Source: Bacteroidia bacterium
GTDB taxonomy: Bacteria; Bacteroidota; Bacteroidia; UKL13-3
Length of the DNA stretch: 64,000 nucleotides
Reading direction: 5' to 3'
NCBI GenBank assembly: GCA_014376805.1
Contig: JACMQU010000118.1
Location: 10,212 to 74,211, forward strand
Positions 60,046 through 64,000 of the stretch are shown piece after piece (within the stretch, counting starts at the first letter, position 1; every line of letters begins with the position of its first letter). A program made the position numbers and the translations under genes. The notes below the pieces were generated by a model. That model saw only the letters and a program-made list of their open reading frames with translations. It did no database searches and had not been told where the DNA came from.

Positions 60046-61101
60046 ATGAAATTATTAACGCATAATTTTAAAGAAAAAGTTGTTTACGGGCTTTCTATGG
60101 CCTTGAGCCAATGGCTAAACTGGGATAAAAATATAAAAAAAATTGCGTTTAAAAATATTCTTGTTTTTAAGCTTGATGAGATTGGTGATCTGTGTTATTC
60201 ATTGCATGTTTTTGATCTTCTTAAACAAAGGTATCCTGGAGTTAAGGTAACGCTTGTATGTAAACCATATGGCATCAGTCTTGTTAATTCTCATCCTTCT
60301 ATCGATAAGATTTTTACCTCAGTTAATGAGTTGAAAGAACATTATGACCTGATTATTGACCTGAGAGGTAACTTTGAAACAATAAAGTATGCGCTTATAC
60401 ATAAACCTGTTGTAAGGCTTGACAGAGGAACCGTGAGGTATCGAAATAAAAAAGGAGGTGCTCACCCACATGAAGTAATTACGAATACTCAAATAATTGC
60501 TCCTTTGTTTAATACTGTTCCGGTTGGGTTCGAACCCCGGCTTATTGCATCGGCAGATGCAACAGAAAGAATTAATAATTATTTGATAGAAAACAACCTC
60601 CAAAGGTTTATTGTACTGCACAGTGGTGCGCGCAGAATCTTACGACGCTGGCCTGCTTCAAATTTTGTTGAACTAGCGGTGTGGGTCAAACAATCCTTTC
60701 AATTGGATTGTATATTTACCGGTGATGCCGGAGATTTAGAACTCAATCTGCAGATTCAACAACAAATACCTTTTAAAACTTATAACACAGCCGGAATTTT
60801 TAAGCTGAATGAGTTTGTTGCATTGGTTAAAAAAGCTGTTTTGTATGTTGGCAATGAAAGCGGTCCATTATGTATTGCAACTGTTGCCGGAACTCCAAGT
60901 TTGGGTTTGTTTGGTCCGGGTGAACCGTTTGTTTTTTATCCGTATGGAAAAAATACTTCTTACCTTCATCATGTTCTTGAGTGCAATCCGTGTGATCAGA
61001 TTCATTGTGTACATCCCGAAAATCCATGCATACAACGGATCTCATTAAATGAAGTTAAACTAAAAATTACCGAAATGCTAACTGATGCTGTAAAGAAATA
61101 A
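60046..61101 (+). CDS. Glycosyltransferase family 9 (LPS heptosyltransferase-like)
   Basis: 351 aa. The blocks ..ILVFKLDEIGDL.. , ..LHSGARRILRRWP.. and ..YVGNESGPLCIA.. are GT9 hallmarks. Confidence 0.85.
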   Translation: MKLLTHNFKEKVVYGLSMALSQWLNWDKNIKKIAFKNILVFKLDEIGDLCYSLHVFDLLKQRYPGVKVTLVCKPYGISLVNSHPSIDKIFTSVNELKEHYDLIIDLRGNFETIKYALIHKPVVRLDRGTVRYRNKKGGAHPHEVITNTQIIAPLFNTVPVGFEPRLIASADATERINNYLIENNLQRFIVLHSGARRILRRWPASNFVELAVWVKQSFQLDCIFTGDAGDLELNLQIQQQIPFKTYNTAGIFKLNEFVALVKKAVLYVGNESGPLCIATVAGTPSLGLFGPGEPFVFYPYGKNTSYLHHVLECNPCDQIHCVHPENPCIQRISLNEVKLKITEMLTDAVKK

Positions 61102-61129
61102 AATTAGTAGGGTACTTTATTCAATTCTA

Positions 61130-62251
61130 TTAATTATAAGTTGAATTATCTCCTACATAATTTAAAACCTGTTTATCAAATTCAACTTTATCAGTACCAA
61201 AAAATTCAACTTCCACAGGAAGAAATAACAAGGGAAGTTTTTCCAGCACTGCTTTCACCTCTGCATTTAGTAGTTTAGTCATGTCTTTTTCTGTGGTGAT
61301 TATTATTTTTACAGCACCTGTTAATTGATTATATAGTTCAATTATTTCATCTGCATCTTTGCGATTATAAGAATAATGATCGGGATATTGTTTAAAAATA
61401 ACTTGTTTATATCTGCTATTTACTTCTTTTAATAAACTTAACGGATTGGCTATTCCTGCAAAAACCAAAACACTATCTACATTAGTTAAAGTAATGGGAT
61501 TATAAATACCCTGTAATTCCCCAAACCGGAGATATGAAAAATAAACCTTCTGAAAGTTTAAAGGTTTAATTTCCCCAATGATAGCCATTTTTTTATCAAC
61601 ACGCATGTTAGGTTCACATTTAGTTACCACAATTATGTCGGCCCTTTTATAAGCTGCGGCATATTCACGAAGAGTTCCGGCGGGGGCTAGGTTATCATGT
61701 GTAAACCTCCGGTTATAATCTGTTAGTAATATGCTAAGTCCCGGTTTTATTGCACGATGCTGAAAGGCATCATCTAGTAAAACTAACTGAGTTTCGGGTG
61801 CATCAAATAACAAATCGGGCAAGCCTAATACCCGGTTCTCACAAACGCCTACAGCCACCGATTTAAACTTATTACTAAGCTGCCATGGCTCATCGCCAAT
61901 CATTTCAACAGTAGCGTTAAAATCTGCAAAAACATACCCCGTTGTTTTTCTTTTATAACCGCGGCTTAGTACGGCAACCTTATAATCCGAAACCAATAAA
62001 CGAATCAGATATTCAATATGCGGAGTTTTTCCGGTTCCTCCAAAAGCCAGATTACCAACACTAATGGTGGGAATATCAAAAGAGGTAACCCCCAAAATAC
62101 CAGTATCATATAAATAATTTCTTAACCTCAAAATGGATTGATACGTTACTGAAAAAGGGCTTAAGATAATTCTGGCTAAATTCAAAATGAGTGTATAAAT
62201 AGATATGGAAAGTCGGTAAAAGTAGAAGTTTTTTTCGCAGAAATTGAACAT
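61130..62251 (-). CDS. lpxK: Tetraacyldisaccharide 4'-kinase
   Basis: 373 aa with the P-loop context ISVGNLAFGGTGKTP followed by VLSRGYKRK and ..LLDDAFQH.. Confidence 0.88.
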   Translation of the reverse strand: MFNFCEKNFYFYRLSISIYTLILNLARIILSPFSVTYQSILRLRNYLYDTGILGVTSFDIPTISVGNLAFGGTGKTPHIEYLIRLLVSDYKVAVLSRGYKRKTTGYVFADFNATVEMIGDEPWQLSNKFKSVAVGVCENRVLGLPDLLFDAPETQLVLLDDAFQHRAIKPGLSILLTDYNRRFTHDNLAPAGTLREYAAAYKRADIIVVTKCEPNMRVDKKMAIIGEIKPLNFQKVYFSYLRFGELQGIYNPITLTNVDSVLVFAGIANPLSLLKEVNSRYKQVIFKQYPDHYSYNRKDADEIIELYNQLTGAVKIIITTEKDMTKLLNAEVKAVLEKLPLLFLPVEVEFFGTDKVEFDKQVLNYVGDNSTYN

Positions 62252-62387
62252 ACAGCGTTAAATGTGTGTTAAATTGCTCATAATTCGTTATATATGCAGA
62301 GAGATTGTTATAACTTTGATCTGGCACGAAAATTTCACAGTTATCAAAATGCTATTCTTTTCTTAACAATTGTAAATATAAAACTCA

Positions 62388-63641
62388 ATGTTAAATACAA
62401 AAAAAATATTTTCACTTCTTACACTGGTATTGGCTTCATTTATTATATCGGCGCAACCCTTTGCTGCGGTAGTTTTAAATGAGAAAGATGCATTAGTAGC
62501 AGAAATTGACTCAAATACAATTAAACTTCGAAGTAAGCTTTACACCTATATCACACCCGGAGATCTTAATATACATGGCTTTAATGTAGATGATATTCCT
62601 GTTTATTCAGACTCTGCCTATGCTTATAGATTAAGCTTATTAGAAACGGAAATCCCATTAGAATATAATAATCAGGTTCGCGCCTACATAGAGTTATACG
62701 CTAACAGAAAGCGTAAATTAGTAAGTAAGGTTTTAAGCACTTCAAAATTCTATTTCCCAATTTTTGAGGAAGTATTTGACAGGGAAAAAATTCCTATGGA
62801 ATTCAAGTATCTGGCTGTTATTGAAAGTGCACTAAATCAACATGCTATTTCTCCTGTAGGAGCTGCTGGTTTGTGGCAATTTATGGCCCCTACAGGCAAA
62901 ATGTATGGTTTACGAACAGATAGTTATATAGATGATAGAAAAGATATTGTTAAATCTACCGAAGCTGCTGTAAAATACTTTAAAAATTCGTATCGTTTGT
63001 ATGGTGATTGGTTACTTGTTATTGCAAGTTATAATTGTGGACCTGGAAATGTTTCAAAGGCAATCCGGAAATCAGGTGGGAAGCGTAATATTTGGGAAAT
63101 TATGCCTTACCTGCCTAAAGAAACCCGCGGATATGTGCCAGCCTTTATTGCTGCTGCGTATGTTATGAATTATGCAAGTGAACATAATATATATCCATCA
63201 GAAGTGGAAATGTATTATCATCTTGATACTGTAATAGTTGATAATAGCATGTCCATTGATCAGTTAGCGATTGCCTTAAATACAACAGTTGAAGAAATAA
63301 AACAATTTAATCCTTCCCTCAAAAGAGGAATTATACCCTTTAGTACCAAAGGCATTGTAGTTACACTTCCTTACCATCAGGCAGTGAGGGTTGGTGCACT
63401 TAAAAACGATTCTAATTTTAATGCCAGGGTAACTAACGAGCTCATCGCTTTAAATAAGCAAATAAAGCAATCTAAAAACGACAAAATCATTTATAAAGTT
63501 AAAAGCGGAGATCAATTGGTTAAAATTGCCCGCAAGTACGATGTAAGCGTAACTGAGTTAAAACAATGGAATAAAGGTAAAATTAAACATAATAAAGTAA
63601 GTCGCGGTCAAAAAATAGCCATTTACCCAAACCGGGCTTAA
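62388..63641 (+). CDS. Lytic transglycosylase (MltD-like: SLT domain plus LysM)
   Basis: 417 aa with a signal peptide, the SLT catalytic region AVIESALNQHAISPVGAAGLWQFM and a C-terminal LysM (YKVKSGDQLVKIARKYDVSVTELKQWN). Confidence 0.85.
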   Translation: MLNTKKIFSLLTLVLASFIISAQPFAAVVLNEKDALVAEIDSNTIKLRSKLYTYITPGDLNIHGFNVDDIPVYSDSAYAYRLSLLETEIPLEYNNQVRAYIELYANRKRKLVSKVLSTSKFYFPIFEEVFDREKIPMEFKYLAVIESALNQHAISPVGAAGLWQFMAPTGKMYGLRTDSYIDDRKDIVKSTEAAVKYFKNSYRLYGDWLLVIASYNCGPGNVSKAIRKSGGKRNIWEIMPYLPKETRGYVPAFIAAAYVMNYASEHNIYPSEVEMYYHLDTVIVDNSMSIDQLAIALNTTVEEIKQFNPSLKRGIIPFSTKGIVVTLPYHQAVRVGALKNDSNFNARVTNELIALNKQIKQSKNDKIIYKVKSGDQLVKIARKYDVSVTELKQWNKGKIKHNKVSRGQKIAIYPNRA

Positions 63642-63642
63642 T

Positions 63643-64000
63643 TTATTTGTGGCAGTGATAAACCATTCTTTTGTTATTACAGAGGGTGGCAAAGAATAAA
63701 TATTCTTTACCGCCCTCTTTTATTTTAAATACCTGCCGAATTTCTTCCACACTCATATTAAAGTGACGTCGGGTAATATTAGCCTTTGTAATCATGTTTT
63801 TTTGAAGGTATTTAACAAGACTTGCTTTTGAAAATTCAAAATGGGAAATAATTAAAAAACTTCTTCCCATAAAATATGGTATAGCAATCATGCCAACATA
63901 AAAACTTGTGTTTTTACTTAATTGAAACAATTGTAAACCGTTGGAATAAGCAATGCTTAAACCTGCCTTAATAATTGATGGTGCCGGTTCAAAAAACCAT
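63643..64000 (-). CDS. Hypothetical protein, C-terminal part (ORF open to the window edge)
   Basis: The minus frame stays open from 63999 down to the stop at 63643 (..WFFEPAPSIIKAGLSIAYSNGLQLFQLSKNTSFYVGMIAIPYF..). The M in the ORF track is an internal TTG. Confidence 0.4.
   Translation of the reverse strand, partial: WFFEPAPSIIKAGLSIAYSNGLQLFQLSKNTSFYVGMIAIPYFMGRSFLIISHFEFSKASLVKYLQKNMITKANITRRHFNMSVEEIRQVFKIKEGGKEYLFFATLCNNKRMVYHCHK

Noticed and set aside
60521-60540. The sequence CCGGTTGGGTTCGAACCCCGG resembles a tRNA T-arm.
   Set aside because: It lies inside the well-supported GT9 coding frame. No acceptor, D or anticodon arms can be drawn around it.

Overview
This 64-kb chromosomal segment reads as Bacteroidota. 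Exact TAnnTTTG -7 promoter boxes precede many genes, two secreted proteins carry type IX secretion (T9SS) C-terminal sorting domains, there is a PorV/PorQ-like outer-membrane protein, and the intergenic DNA is AT-rich. It holds roughly 55 protein genes, mostly housekeeping: dnaK (N-terminal part), panB, pruA, ribD, rlmN, nnr, a split mnmC/mnmD pair, amn, an MsbA-like ABC exporter, an E2 acyltransferase, pyrG-yidC and tyrS. There is also an RND efflux operon (MFP-RND-TolC) and an LPS/O-antigen cluster (PorQ-like OMP, WaaL-type ligase, Wzz-like, Wzx flippase, GT9, lpxK). I recognise no rRNA, tRNA or CRISPR array. The one clearly accessory stretch is about 13.8-20.7 kb. It contains a 940-bp gene-less gap, an RCC1-repeat T9SS cargo gene, a decayed IS66-family element with intact 15-bp terminal inverted repeats, a probably frameshifted gene, and an intact MNT nucleotidyltransferase next to an internally deleted HEPN gene. 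I do not see a convincing, complete novel multi-gene system. The items most worth a second look are: (i) a nested 18-nt/76-bp iteron-like tandem array upstream of pyrG; (ii) a compound tetranucleotide microsatellite directly in front of a cupin/flavoreductase operon; (iii) a conserved but uncharacterised vWA + deviant-Walker AAA+ gene pair; (iv) a gene split by a single in-frame TGA; (v) the orphaned MNT antitoxin. All functional calls come from reading the translated ORFs and recalling motifs and families; no database search was run.
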